DNA from: a virus
Taxonomy: Duplodnaviria; Caudoviricetes
IMG/VR virus record: IMGVR_UViG_3300046786_000293
Location: 224,001 to 288,000 of that record
Length of the DNA: 64,000 nucleotides
Strand: one strand, 5' to 3'
Translations under genes and position numbers: made by a program
In this document: piece after piece, positions 21,327 to 30,909 of the stretch
Position numbering within the stretch: position 1 is the stretch's first letter
How the letters are laid out: each line of letters starts with the position of its first letter
Notes under the pieces: model-generated
Seen by the model: the letters and a program-made list of their open reading frames with translations, nothing else
Told to the model about the DNA's origin: nothing
Databases searched by the model: none

Positions 21327-22528
21327 GTTTACCTAATACAATTTGTATGCTGCCTTGGATTAGTATAGAAGCAAGTCCTATGGGAACTGCACGACCTTGT
21401 TGTCTTGCAAGAGAAGATATTTCTGGTATTGATCTAAGACAACATACATTGCAAGATGCATATCAAAGTGAATATATGCAAAAACTGCGTCGGCAGATGC
21501 GAGCTGGTGAAAAACCACCAACTTGTAAACTCTGTTGGGATGAAGAAGCAGCTGGAAGAGATAGTAAACGTATTCACAGTCGTGCAAGATTAAAAGAGCT
21601 CTACTCATTGGTAGATTGGGAAAACGATTTACCGGATCAGTTATGGTTTTTAGATTTAAAACTCGGTAATATTTGTAATCTAAAGTGTCGTATCTGTGGA
21701 TCTTGGTCTAGTAGCAAATGGGCGGCCGAAGAAATGGATTACTTGCCCAAGGATATAGATAAAAAAACACATATTGCATATAAATGGTTAAAGCAAGGTC
21801 GGTGGCCCGAAGAAAGTCCGCAGTTTTGGGAAAACTTAAAAACACTACTTCCACAAATAAAGTATTTTGAATTTACAGGCGGCGAGCCTTGGCTAATTGA
21901 AGAACACTGGGACCTGTTACGACATGCGGTATCAACTGGTGACAGCAGTCATATTGACATTCACTACAATACCAATGCCACTGTAGATGCGTTGGGATTT
22001 GAAAAGTCTTTTTTGTGGACTCATTTTGGGCGTGTTGACATTGCATTCAGTGTTGATAATGTAAGCGATCGTTTTGAATACGAACGCTATGGGGCAGACT
22101 GGGATAAAGCAAACAAAATTATTGATGGTATACATTTTGCTAGAGATACCGATACAACAAATATAACTACGCAACTTTGTTTTACAATCAATATTCAAAA
22201 TGTATATTATCTTGATGAATTGCTTGCTTGGGCAGATACTAAAGGATTTGGCAGCATTTACTTTAATATGCTACACAGTCCAGATCACATGAGTATACGT
22301 TATATGACACCAGCGGCACAAGAGCTAGTGTTGAATAAACTCAAAACTACGTTCTGGCATAATGCTAACTATGCACAAGAAATAGATAACGTAATTAAAT
22401 TTATCGAAAATGGTGAAGGTAGCGACGGTACAGAGTTTTGTCGTAGAATGAAACAAACTGACGCATATCGTAAACAGAACTTTGCGGCCACACACCCAGA
22501 AATAGCGCAAGCAATGGGATATGAATAA
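21323..22528 (+). CDS. Radical SAM protein with N-terminal SPASM/twitch-like domain (4 of 5)
   Basis: CNLKCRIC, TGGEP; CMLPW...RPCC...TCKLCW. Confidence 0.85.
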   Translation: MSLPNTICMLPWISIEASPMGTARPCCLAREDISGIDLRQHTLQDAYQSEYMQKLRRQMRAGEKPPTCKLCWDEEAAGRDSKRIHSRARLKELYSLVDWENDLPDQLWFLDLKLGNICNLKCRICGSWSSSKWAAEEMDYLPKDIDKKTHIAYKWLKQGRWPEESPQFWENLKTLLPQIKYFEFTGGEPWLIEEHWDLLRHAVSTGDSSHIDIHYNTNATVDALGFEKSFLWTHFGRVDIAFSVDNVSDRFEYERYGADWDKANKIIDGIHFARDTDTTNITTQLCFTINIQNVYYLDELLAWADTKGFGSIYFNMLHSPDHMSIRYMTPAAQELVLNKLKTTFWHNANYAQEIDNVIKFIENGEGSDGTEFCRRMKQTDAYRKQNFAATHPEIAQAMGYE

Positions 22529-23810
22529 ACCATCTACACTTTGTATGGCACCTTGGACCCATACCTATTTAAGTCCACAGACAGAACGCAGAATGTGCTG
22601 TGCTAGCAGAGAACCTGCACAAAATTTTCAACAGTATATCGACAGTAGCGCCGGCACTGGTCGTTATATTCCTATAACACTAGAAGAACATTGGAACAGT
22701 GGCCACATGCGAAGTGTACGCCGACGCATGATGGCTGGAGACGTTCTACCCGAGTGCGAAGTGTGTAACGATAAATTGTTGAATACCTCCGTTTACCGTA
22801 GTTATTTTAATCAGTTGTTTGGCCATAAGTACAATGAAGCAATGGAGAAAACTGCCGCAGATGGTAGTACTACAATGCTTCCGGTATCATGGGATTACCG
22901 ATTTAGTAATCTTTGTAATTTCAAATGTCGTATGTGTGGAGACATGTTAAGCAGTGCTTGGGAGTCCGAGCAACGCCAACATAACATGATCAATTGGCAT
23001 GATCCAAAGAACAACTGGATGCAGCCTGATGTCAAAAAACAAATTGAAGAATTCCAAGATACGCAGATAGAGGCGGAATTTGCTCAAGCCGTCGAAGAAC
23101 ATCGTGTTGAAGAAGTATATTGGGTGGGCGGCGAGCCGTTGATGTACGAACAACACTGGCGTTATATGAAGCGTATTATAGAATTAGGAGACGGACAAAA
23201 TGTCTATGCTAGATATAATACAAACTTATCAAGGGTTAATTATCGAGGAATTAATCTTTATACTGATATTCTTTCTGGGCTTCGTGACTGGCAAATTTGT
23301 GCAAGTATCGACGGTACAGGAAAGATTGGTGAATACATTAGATCAGGCCTTAACTATGATGCGTGGCTTGCGAACTTCCGTGAAGGATGTAAAGTCTCTC
23401 GTCACCGACGTCAAATGCGAATTGACTTTACGCTCACTTTGCCCGGAATGTTCGAAGTTGTACGAATTGGAGAACTTGCAGAACAAGAAGGAGTCGATGT
23501 TCTTGCCAAAGTAATTTTTAGTTTTAGCTCGGACATAGTTATGTCTCCCTTGGCACTACCCAAAGATATATTACATCCTTGGATAGACGAACTCGTAACC
23601 GCGTCAAGCGGGACCATGAAGGACATACTTATCCAGCTAAAAACTAGACCTACTTTTGCCGAACAATGGCCCAATGATTATCAAAATGGATTACGTAAAG
23701 GTAAACGACGCATATTAGAACTTGAAAAAATACGCAATGACGTGTATACTATGCGTGATATATTGTCTACTAGACCTGACGTATTAGAATGGTGGGATTC
23801 GATTGAATAA
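22521..23810 (+). CDS. Radical SAM protein with N-terminal SPASM/twitch-like domain (5 of 5)
   Basis: CNFKCRMC, VGGEP; CMAPW...RMCC...ECEVC. Confidence 0.85.
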   Translation: MNKPSTLCMAPWTHTYLSPQTERRMCCASREPAQNFQQYIDSSAGTGRYIPITLEEHWNSGHMRSVRRRMMAGDVLPECEVCNDKLLNTSVYRSYFNQLFGHKYNEAMEKTAADGSTTMLPVSWDYRFSNLCNFKCRMCGDMLSSAWESEQRQHNMINWHDPKNNWMQPDVKKQIEEFQDTQIEAEFAQAVEEHRVEEVYWVGGEPLMYEQHWRYMKRIIELGDGQNVYARYNTNLSRVNYRGINLYTDILSGLRDWQICASIDGTGKIGEYIRSGLNYDAWLANFREGCKVSRHRRQMRIDFTLTLPGMFEVVRIGELAEQEGVDVLAKVIFSFSSDIVMSPLALPKDILHPWIDELVTASSGTMKDILIQLKTRPTFAEQWPNDYQNGLRKGKRRILELEKIRNDVYTMRDILSTRPDVLEWWDSIE

Positions 23811-24903
23811 AGTAATTGTAACATTAAGAAATCCTTTAGAAAAAACAGAAACATTGGATTACATTATCAATGTCTATGAGCACGAAATGGCTCAACGTTG
23901 GTTCACAGCACTTAAAGAAATTGTTCAACAAAACAAATACTTAGAAAAGAATTTTTGTTTTCTAGGCTTTCCTGATAGTCAAAGAAATTTAGATTTCATT
24001 TGCCAAGAATTGTTTTGGGCTAAAAACGAAATTAACGATTTCTTTCGTGGCGAATATGAAATAGAAGAAAACTATTTTCCCGACACACTTAGAGATCCTG
24101 AGACGTTAATTCCCAACCAGGATCTAATGAACAAACTACACAATCATTTCGAGATTTTGCAAGGTACAGTTTGGGGACTAAGTGAATATTATAAACGGGC
24201 TGATTATACTACAAAGTTTGCGATTAGACAGTTAAATAATTTGTGTCACGAAGCAGAAAGTTTAATGCTGAGTCAACGTAAAAAGGCTACATTGCCTGAA
24301 TGGGTTAGGCCTAGCCAGATTACTACATTTTTAAATGCCACCAGATATGAATTCCCAACAGATTATAAAACAACATTTGCAGAATCTCGATACGATAGAA
24401 AGTTCGGGGAAGTGTATTTACATTGGACGCAAATTGGTAAAACGTTGTATGAAGTATATAGAGACGAGCAAGGTGTCGATATTGACTCCAGTGTATGTGA
24501 TGCTATTACTCATCTACGCTACTATAGCGGGGAGTTTGACATCGAATGGGCGCAGGATGTTTGCTATAATGGCCCGCACCCTTGGTACACCAAAGAAATG
24601 TCCGGCTTTAGAGCATGGCTTGAAAGAAATGGATTCAACCCAGGAGATACTCAATATAACTTCGGCTATCACCCTGTGGGCCAAGTTGACTTGCAAGCAA
24701 GTTTTGGGACTACCCACTATAGTGAAGTATGGCCGATCTTATCAAGGTACTTGGACATCTATTCGATCCAATGTGACGATGGATCAGGGAATGTTTTATA
24801 CTCCGTATACCCCTACACTTGGACTGATAAAGACTACTACGAACAACAAATCGAAAGATTAAAACCTGGTTACGATTACAGTAGTAGACAAGCCAATAAA
24901 TAA
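23803..24903 (+). CDS. Hypothetical protein
   Basis: 366-aa aromatic-rich ORF coupled to radical SAM 5; no motif recognised. Confidence 0.7.
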   Translation: MNKVIVTLRNPLEKTETLDYIINVYEHEMAQRWFTALKEIVQQNKYLEKNFCFLGFPDSQRNLDFICQELFWAKNEINDFFRGEYEIEENYFPDTLRDPETLIPNQDLMNKLHNHFEILQGTVWGLSEYYKRADYTTKFAIRQLNNLCHEAESLMLSQRKKATLPEWVRPSQITTFLNATRYEFPTDYKTTFAESRYDRKFGEVYLHWTQIGKTLYEVYRDEQGVDIDSSVCDAITHLRYYSGEFDIEWAQDVCYNGPHPWYTKEMSGFRAWLERNGFNPGDTQYNFGYHPVGQVDLQASFGTTHYSEVWPILSRYLDIYSIQCDDGSGNVLYSVYPYTWTDKDYYEQQIERLKPGYDYSSRQANK

Positions 24904-24907
24904 TACT

Positions 24908-25009
24908 ATGAAATGGCTTAAAAATTTATACTACAGAATTAAGTTGGAAATCAATTATCGTCGCAAACTTAAAGAATTGCGAAAACGCGATCCGTTTATT
25001 TATAAATGA
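24908..25009 (+). CDS. 33-aa basic protein
   Basis: Manual translation MKWLKNLYYRIKLEINYRRKLKELRKRDPFIYK; fills gap; ATGA overlap with 25006. Confidence 0.55.
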   Translation: MKWLKNLYYRIKLEINYRRKLKELRKRDPFIYK

Positions 25010-25650
25010 AACTTTTAACAATAGGTGATAGTTTTACCTACGGGGAAGAACTGCTGGATATTAATAACGCTTGGCCGTATATATTAGGTCAACGTATTGG
25101 TTATGAGGTTACAAATTTAGGAAATCCTGCAAGCAGTAACGATAGAATAGTCAGGGTGTTATTAGAGTATCTAATAGAAAATTGCAATCACACTGATCTT
25201 GTTATTATAGGTTGGAGTTTATTAGGCCGTGCAGAATTTGCAGACGAACTTGGTTATTATGATATATGGCCCGGAGCTGGTAGATATTACGGTGATCACA
25301 GAAATCAAGTAGTAAAATATATTTCCACGTATCATAGCAGAGAAGCATACTTTAGAAAGTATCTTCAACAAATTATTTTAGTACAAGAATTTTTAAAGCA
25401 TCGAAATATAAAATATGTTATGTTAGATGTTTTAGCAAATGATTATTATAGAAAGCAACATCAATTTTCATGGAACAACTACGAAAATCAAATTGACCAA
25501 ACGAATTATATAGATTTCAATAAGAGTGGAATGTGTGAATGGGCAAGCGGCACTCCGACGGGATCGCAAGGACACTTTCTTGAAGAGGGTCATCGCATTG
25601 TAGCAAATCGAATTTATGAACATATTAGGCATCTCGGCTGGGTTTCATGA
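25006..25650 (+). CDS. SGNH/GDSL-like hydrolase or acyltransferase
   Basis: IGDSFTYG (block I), GNPASSND (block II), GHFLEEGH (block V). Confidence 0.7.
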   Translation: MKLLTIGDSFTYGEELLDINNAWPYILGQRIGYEVTNLGNPASSNDRIVRVLLEYLIENCNHTDLVIIGWSLLGRAEFADELGYYDIWPGAGRYYGDHRNQVVKYISTYHSREAYFRKYLQQIILVQEFLKHRNIKYVMLDVLANDYYRKQHQFSWNNYENQIDQTNYIDFNKSGMCEWASGTPTGSQGHFLEEGHRIVANRIYEHIRHLGWVS

Positions 25651-27097
25651 CGCTGCTGCAACTGTAGTCGACAAACATGGAGATATTCTGTTTGCAGGTC
25701 ACAGCGAACGGTACAGTAAAAAGAAAAACGATTCTGACATTTGTGCAAAACTAATGTGGGACGTAATGGATTGCGGAGATATAGATACTGTAGCATATTA
25801 TGAGAAACCTGTCTTAAAACAATTACGTCAACTTTACTCTGGCCAAGGAATTGAATGGAATAAACTTTCTACCTATTCTATTTTACGAAATCAATGTGCG
25901 CCCTTATTTCTTAATGGTATAAAAATTAAAAGTTATAATCATCATTTAAGTCATGCAGCCGCGGGGTTTCAAACAAGTACATTCGATAGGGCTACAGTAG
26001 TAGTAATTGATGCCATCGGCGAATGGGATACTATTAGTATATGGGGCGCAGAGTATGAAAGCGGCCTAGCACAATATAAAAAGTTATGGAGTCAAAAATA
26101 TCCGCATAGTATTGGTTTGTTTTATAGTGCCATGACAGAACGTGTTGGACTTAAACCTAATGAAGAAGAATATATTATGATGGGCATGGCTGCATATGGT
26201 GCGCCTGTGTTCACCGATTTGTTCAAATCTAAATTTTTATCCAACGAATGGCAAATTAAATTTAAAGAAAATCTTCACGCCGGAATCGAACAAAAATATT
26301 TGTCTTATGTTGGAGATATGGATCTCGCAGCCAGCGCACAAGACCTAACACAAGACTTGGTATTAAATATAATGCGCCGCGCTAAAGATTTTAATTGGAG
26401 CGATAATTTAGTTTATATGGGCGGTGTTGCTCTTAATTGTAGTATTAATAGTAGATTAGGGGAATATTTTGATAATATTTGGATTATGCCTAACCCTGGT
26501 GATGCTGGGTCTAGTCTTGGTGCCGCCGCACTTGCTTATGGCCGTAGGCTTAATTGGCGCAATGCTTATTTGGGTCACTGTATCCCTGGTCATTACCCTG
26601 TTAATGCTGCCTTGGATGCTTTATTGCACGATAGTATTGTTGGTGTGGCTAATGGTAGGGCCGAATTCGGACCAAGAGCCTTAGGTAACCGTAGTTTATT
26701 AGCAGACCCTAGAGGAAATGAAATTAAGGACAAAGTAAATGAAATCAAACGTAGACAGAAATTCAGACCCTTTGCGCCAGTTATTCTGGAGGAGTTGGCT
26801 AGCCAGTATTTTGATTTGCCTAGTGGTTGGGATAACAATAGGTATATGCAGTCGGTCTCTACTTGTAGGCGCCCTGACTTATTTCCTGCTATCGTTCATC
26901 ATGACGGCACTAGTCGTGTCCAAACTGTACCAAAAGATGGATCAGGAATACGCGAGTTACTCGAACGTTGGTATATTTTAACAGACTGTCCCATGCTGTT
27001 AAATACTAGTCTAAACATTAGAGGCGAGCCCATGATTAACGATAGGGCAGACGCTGACAGATTCGAACAACTATATGGAGTGAAAGTATTATCATGA
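25616..27097 (+). CDS. Carbamoyltransferase (NodU/CmcH/TobZ family)
   Basis: GISAGFHDAAA, HHLSHAAA, DAIGE, MGMAAYG, GGVALNC, PGDAG, GRAEFGPRALGNRS, RQKFRPFAP, LNTSLN. Confidence 0.92.
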   Translation: MNILGISAGFHDAAATVVDKHGDILFAGHSERYSKKKNDSDICAKLMWDVMDCGDIDTVAYYEKPVLKQLRQLYSGQGIEWNKLSTYSILRNQCAPLFLNGIKIKSYNHHLSHAAAGFQTSTFDRATVVVIDAIGEWDTISIWGAEYESGLAQYKKLWSQKYPHSIGLFYSAMTERVGLKPNEEEYIMMGMAAYGAPVFTDLFKSKFLSNEWQIKFKENLHAGIEQKYLSYVGDMDLAASAQDLTQDLVLNIMRRAKDFNWSDNLVYMGGVALNCSINSRLGEYFDNIWIMPNPGDAGSSLGAAALAYGRRLNWRNAYLGHCIPGHYPVNAALDALLHDSIVGVANGRAEFGPRALGNRSLLADPRGNEIKDKVNEIKRRQKFRPFAPVILEELASQYFDLPSGWDNNRYMQSVSTCRRPDLFPAIVHHDGTSRVQTVPKDGSGIRELLERWYILTDCPMLLNTSLNIRGEPMINDRADADRFEQLYGVKVLS

Positions 27098-27891
27098 AAC
27101 AATCGAAAAGAATTTTAATTATGGGTCTGCCAGGCGCAGGCAAAACATATTTGGCCGAAAGACTAAAAACTCAATTAGAATCTACTGGCCAATCTGTTAG
27201 TTGGTTAAATGCCGACGAAGTGCGTCGACATTTCAATGACTGGGACTTTAGCAAAGAAGGCCGTATTAGACAAAGTTTGCGTATGCGTGAACTAGCAGAT
27301 GACGCTAATACAGACTATTGTATTGTAGACTTTGTTGCGCCTTTAATCGAAATGCGTAATAACTTTAAAGCAGACTGGACTATTTGGATGGATACCATCG
27401 ATAAAGGTCGATTTGAAGATACCAACAAAGTTTTTACGGCGCCTGAATTATATGATTTTCGCATTACTGAACAAAATGCAGAAAAGTGGGCAGACTTCAT
27501 CGCACAGCACATAATCGATAATCGACGTCGTTCTGTATTCGATTGGCAAAAAGAAACAGTACAAATGTTAGGACGCTGGCAACCTTGGCATGCAGGCCAT
27601 CGAGCATTGTTTGAACGTGCAATTAGAAAAACTGGTCAGGTAGTTATTCAAATACGTGACTGCCAAGGATGGCAAGGTTCCAATCCCTTTGCCATTGAAC
27701 AAGTTAAAAACTTTATTCGTAGAGACCTGGATCCGATTTATCAAGGCCAATATGAAATTCAAGTTGTGCCAAACATTGTTAACATAACATATGGACGCGA
27801 TGTTGGATACAAAATTGAACAAGAGACATTCGACGAATCTGTTACTAGCATTAGCGCAACTAAAATTCGAAAAGAACTTGGTCTAAAATGA
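27094..27891 (+). CDS. Adenylylsulfate kinase-like P-loop domain fused to HxGH nucleotidyltransferase domain
   Basis: GLPGAGKT Walker A and LNADEVR (CysC-like); GRWQPWHAGH (HxGH) in the C-terminal part. Confidence 0.75.
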   Translation: MKQSKRILIMGLPGAGKTYLAERLKTQLESTGQSVSWLNADEVRRHFNDWDFSKEGRIRQSLRMRELADDANTDYCIVDFVAPLIEMRNNFKADWTIWMDTIDKGRFEDTNKVFTAPELYDFRITEQNAEKWADFIAQHIIDNRRRSVFDWQKETVQMLGRWQPWHAGHRALFERAIRKTGQVVIQIRDCQGWQGSNPFAIEQVKNFIRRDLDPIYQGQYEIQVVPNIVNITYGRDVGYKIEQETFDESVTSISATKIRKELGLK

Positions 27892-28112
27892 ACAAGTACC
27901 ATATCAGGTTTAATACCAAACATAACGGTTCTAAATTAGTTTGGCGTATATTCGAGAATGGGGTAGAACATTTGGCAGAGGATGTTCGCTTAATAGGCGA
28001 AACTTTTACAGAATGTACTCATGAGTATGGCGAAACAAAATGGAATATCGCATGCCACGGAAGACTAGTATGGGTCGACAAAGTGGCTGTTATTGTTACA
28101 GGAAAAGATTAA
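27888..28112 (+). CDS. Hypothetical protein
   Basis: 74-aa ORF, ATGA overlap with upstream gene. Confidence 0.6.
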   Translation: MNKYHIRFNTKHNGSKLVWRIFENGVEHLAEDVRLIGETFTECTHEYGETKWNIACHGRLVWVDKVAVIVTGKD

Positions 28113-28274
28113 ATGATAGAAAAGAAAAACAATTTCATGGACGCTATTAAAGCAGCCCAGTTAGCTAAAACTAAAGTACCACAGAGTAAAACTGCTCAAG
28201 TACAAGAAGCTAAGTTTAAAAATCAAGTACAATCAAACAAACCCACACGTAGAGCAGCAGGTCGTGGCGGATGA
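28113..28274 (+). CDS. 53-aa basic protein
   Basis: Manual translation MIEKKNNFMDAIKAAQLAKTKVPQSK...RRAAGRGG; fills gap exactly; ATGA overlap with 28271. Confidence 0.55.
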   Translation: MIEKKNNFMDAIKAAQLAKTKVPQSKTAQVQEAKFKNQVQSNKPTRRAAGRGG

Positions 28275-28705
28275 AACCAAAACATTTACGTGCTTTTATG
28301 CAAACTGCTCAAACGTTTGCGGAATGCAGTACTGCTGAACGTGCTAAAGTCGGTGCTATTATTGTTAAAGACGACCGCATAATCAGTATTGGTTACAACG
28401 GCATGCCATCAGGTTGGGATAATACTTGTGAGAATGTTATCGGTTACACCAATAACGAACCAGTATTAAAAACCAAACCTGAGGTGCTTCACGCAGAAGC
28501 TAACGCTTTGGCTAAGGTCGCCCGTAGCAGCGAAAGTAGCGAAGGTGCTTATATGTTTATTACATACAGTCCTTGTCTTGATTGTGCCAAATTGATTTAT
28601 CAAAGTGGCATAAAGAAAGTATACTATGGCATACAGTACAGAGATACTACAGGATTGGATTTCTTATCTAGATGTGATATTAAAGTAGAACAATTGGATG
28701 TTTGA
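28271..28705 (+). CDS. dCMP deaminase
   Basis: GYNGMP, HAEANA and SPCLDC zinc motifs. Confidence 0.9.
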   Translation: MKPKHLRAFMQTAQTFAECSTAERAKVGAIIVKDDRIISIGYNGMPSGWDNTCENVIGYTNNEPVLKTKPEVLHAEANALAKVARSSESSEGAYMFITYSPCLDCAKLIYQSGIKKVYYGIQYRDTTGLDFLSRCDIKVEQLDV

Positions 28706-30374
28706 CATATTTTATACTGGCCCTAAGCCAAATTTATTTGCATTCGAAAAACCAGCAGCCTCTCTAGTAGAGGCTGATGCACTATGCCGAACTGAATATT
28801 TTTGGTATATTAACGGCTTAAACGATTATACTAACTTTGACTTTTGGTGGCGCCCTTCTACATACGAAGCAGACTATACACATGTTTGGCCTAGCCAATG
28901 GCAGCAAAATGGCGGCACAATGCTAGTACCCAAAGGTACAACTGAACATAAATGGCACTGGCACTGCCCCATTAACGATGGACTAGTTCGTAGAGAAAAA
29001 TCAACTGACATCTTCTACATGGATTTCATGAATTCCGGAAGCCGAGATCAATTCGAAGAACTTAAAATACGTTGGCCTAATATTAAATCTACACGCTATG
29101 TATCAGATCATTTAAATGTACTCAAACGCATAGTAAATTTGGCTACTACAGAATATGTTTGGGTCATTAGTAGTGTTTGTGACTATAGTGAATTTGATTT
29201 CACTTGGCATCCGGCACAATGGCATGAAGAAATGATTCATTGTTTTTCTGATGGAGTGCAGGAGCGCGGCGACACGTTTTATATTCACGTAGAATCATTT
29301 AAGCGACAAATGGTTGAACTTGAACTCTTAGATTGGTTCAATGTTATTAATTATTGTAAAGATCAATTAGTCACGAGATTTGAATCCCCTATAGTTGTAT
29401 ACAACGGGGACGATTTAATTTCGGTTATTAAAAACCATAAGTTCGAAACTCCTTACGCATTTTTTGTTAATCATAAAGATACATCTGTCTTCAGAGTTTA
29501 TAATAATTGCTTATGGGCAGAAAAAGACCGCATTGTAGAGAGTTACTCATCTAGTAATGCTGTCTGTGCCGTACCCCGGGATGTAAAGGCATATTTAGAC
29601 AAGCAAATCTACGATTATCCCTACGTAATCACGCCTAAACCAGGGCAAAACGTCTATTACGAAGAGCCTTTAGATGTCGTCTATATAAGCAATGGGGAAC
29701 CAGACGCTGAGCGTTGGTATAATCATTTGTCTGACGTTTTGGATCAAGAGGAAAAAGGTTACCCGAATTTACGATTTACTAATACCCTTAAACGTGTACA
29801 AAATGTCAACGGGCGAATGGCAGCTTATCGCGCAGCAGCAGAGCGCAGCGAAACACCTTGGTTCTTTGCGGTGTTTGCTAAACTAGAAGTTGACATCGAA
29901 TTTGATTGGCGCTGGCAACCAGACTATTTCCAAGAGCCTAAACACTATATCTTCCATGCCCAGAATCCTGTAAACGGGCTAGTCTACGGACACCAAGCAA
30001 TGATTGCTTATAATAAGCGTTTGGTATTGGAAACTATAGAAAGCGGATTGGACTTTACTCTAAGCAAAGCACACGAAGTGGTTCCATTGCTATCAGGCAC
30101 AGCACACTATGACCAAGATGCTTGGACTACGTGGCGTACAGCATTCCGTGAAGTTGTTAAGTTAAAGCATTTTAGTATTGGGCAGCCCAGTGTAGAAACT
30201 GATTTCAGGCTTAAAAAATGGCTAACTGTAGGTAATGGTGAGTTCGGGGAATGGAGTATTCGTGGTGCCGCAGATGCCATTGAATACTATAACGCAGTTG
30301 ACGGTGAGTATGATAAACTAATGCTCAGTTACGAATGGGCCTGGCTCAAACAGTATTATGACGCTAAATACTGA
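28698..30374 (+). CDS. Multi-domain GT-A-like glycosyltransferase
   Basis: Repeated EY(F/V)W...DY...F...W modules; C-terminal YISNGEP...YGH...WRTAFREVVK similar to 15066..15983. Confidence 0.5.
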   Translation: MFDIFYTGPKPNLFAFEKPAASLVEADALCRTEYFWYINGLNDYTNFDFWWRPSTYEADYTHVWPSQWQQNGGTMLVPKGTTEHKWHWHCPINDGLVRREKSTDIFYMDFMNSGSRDQFEELKIRWPNIKSTRYVSDHLNVLKRIVNLATTEYVWVISSVCDYSEFDFTWHPAQWHEEMIHCFSDGVQERGDTFYIHVESFKRQMVELELLDWFNVINYCKDQLVTRFESPIVVYNGDDLISVIKNHKFETPYAFFVNHKDTSVFRVYNNCLWAEKDRIVESYSSSNAVCAVPRDVKAYLDKQIYDYPYVITPKPGQNVYYEEPLDVVYISNGEPDAERWYNHLSDVLDQEEKGYPNLRFTNTLKRVQNVNGRMAAYRAAAERSETPWFFAVFAKLEVDIEFDWRWQPDYFQEPKHYIFHAQNPVNGLVYGHQAMIAYNKRLVLETIESGLDFTLSKAHEVVPLLSGTAHYDQDAWTTWRTAFREVVKLKHFSIGQPSVETDFRLKKWLTVGNGEFGEWSIRGAADAIEYYNAVDGEYDKLMLSYEWAWLKQYYDAKY

Positions 30375-30896
30375 ATGCGTGTCAATGAGATATTAGAAAC
30401 AAGAGATAGGATGTATGAATACATCAAAACGCTCTTACCTACTTGGCCAGACTACGTATTGCGAGATTGGATCTATAATCTAGCACGTGGTGATCATCAG
30501 GCTGGGGCGGGATATGATCCTCAAGATCCAACTTGGGGATTTAACAAAAAAACAATTTTACAAATGATTGCCGGAGAAGGCCTAAGCCCAAATACTAAAT
30601 GGCAATTATATCCTAATTTTGAATTCAAATTAGAAAATCTTCATCCAGACACGCAACGACGAATTAAAGAGCGTGCTGGCGGAACACAAAACCCCTATAA
30701 GGTTCCCAATGACGCAGAGCGTCACGCTACACAAGCTAAGTTAGCACAGCAACAAGGAGGTGTCAGAAGCGAACCAGTAATAGGAAAAATGACACCGCAG
30801 GGTTTCGAATTAATCGAAGGCTGGCACAGAACTGTACAACATTTTAAAATGTATCCAGATGGTTATCGAGCAGCCGCTTGGGTTGCGTCGATGTAA
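30375..30896 (+). CDS. Probable head-packaged protein with ParB/Srx-like domain
   Basis: N-terminal MRVNEILE; PVIG...FELIEGWHR matches the ParB-N GxHR motif; TAAATA 4 nt before ATG. Confidence 0.5.
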   Translation: MRVNEILETRDRMYEYIKTLLPTWPDYVLRDWIYNLARGDHQAGAGYDPQDPTWGFNKKTILQMIAGEGLSPNTKWQLYPNFEFKLENLHPDTQRRIKERAGGTQNPYKVPNDAERHATQAKLAQQQGGVRSEPVIGKMTPQGFELIEGWHRTVQHFKMYPDGYRAAAWVASM

Positions 30897-30909
30897 AAAT
30901 AAATACTAA

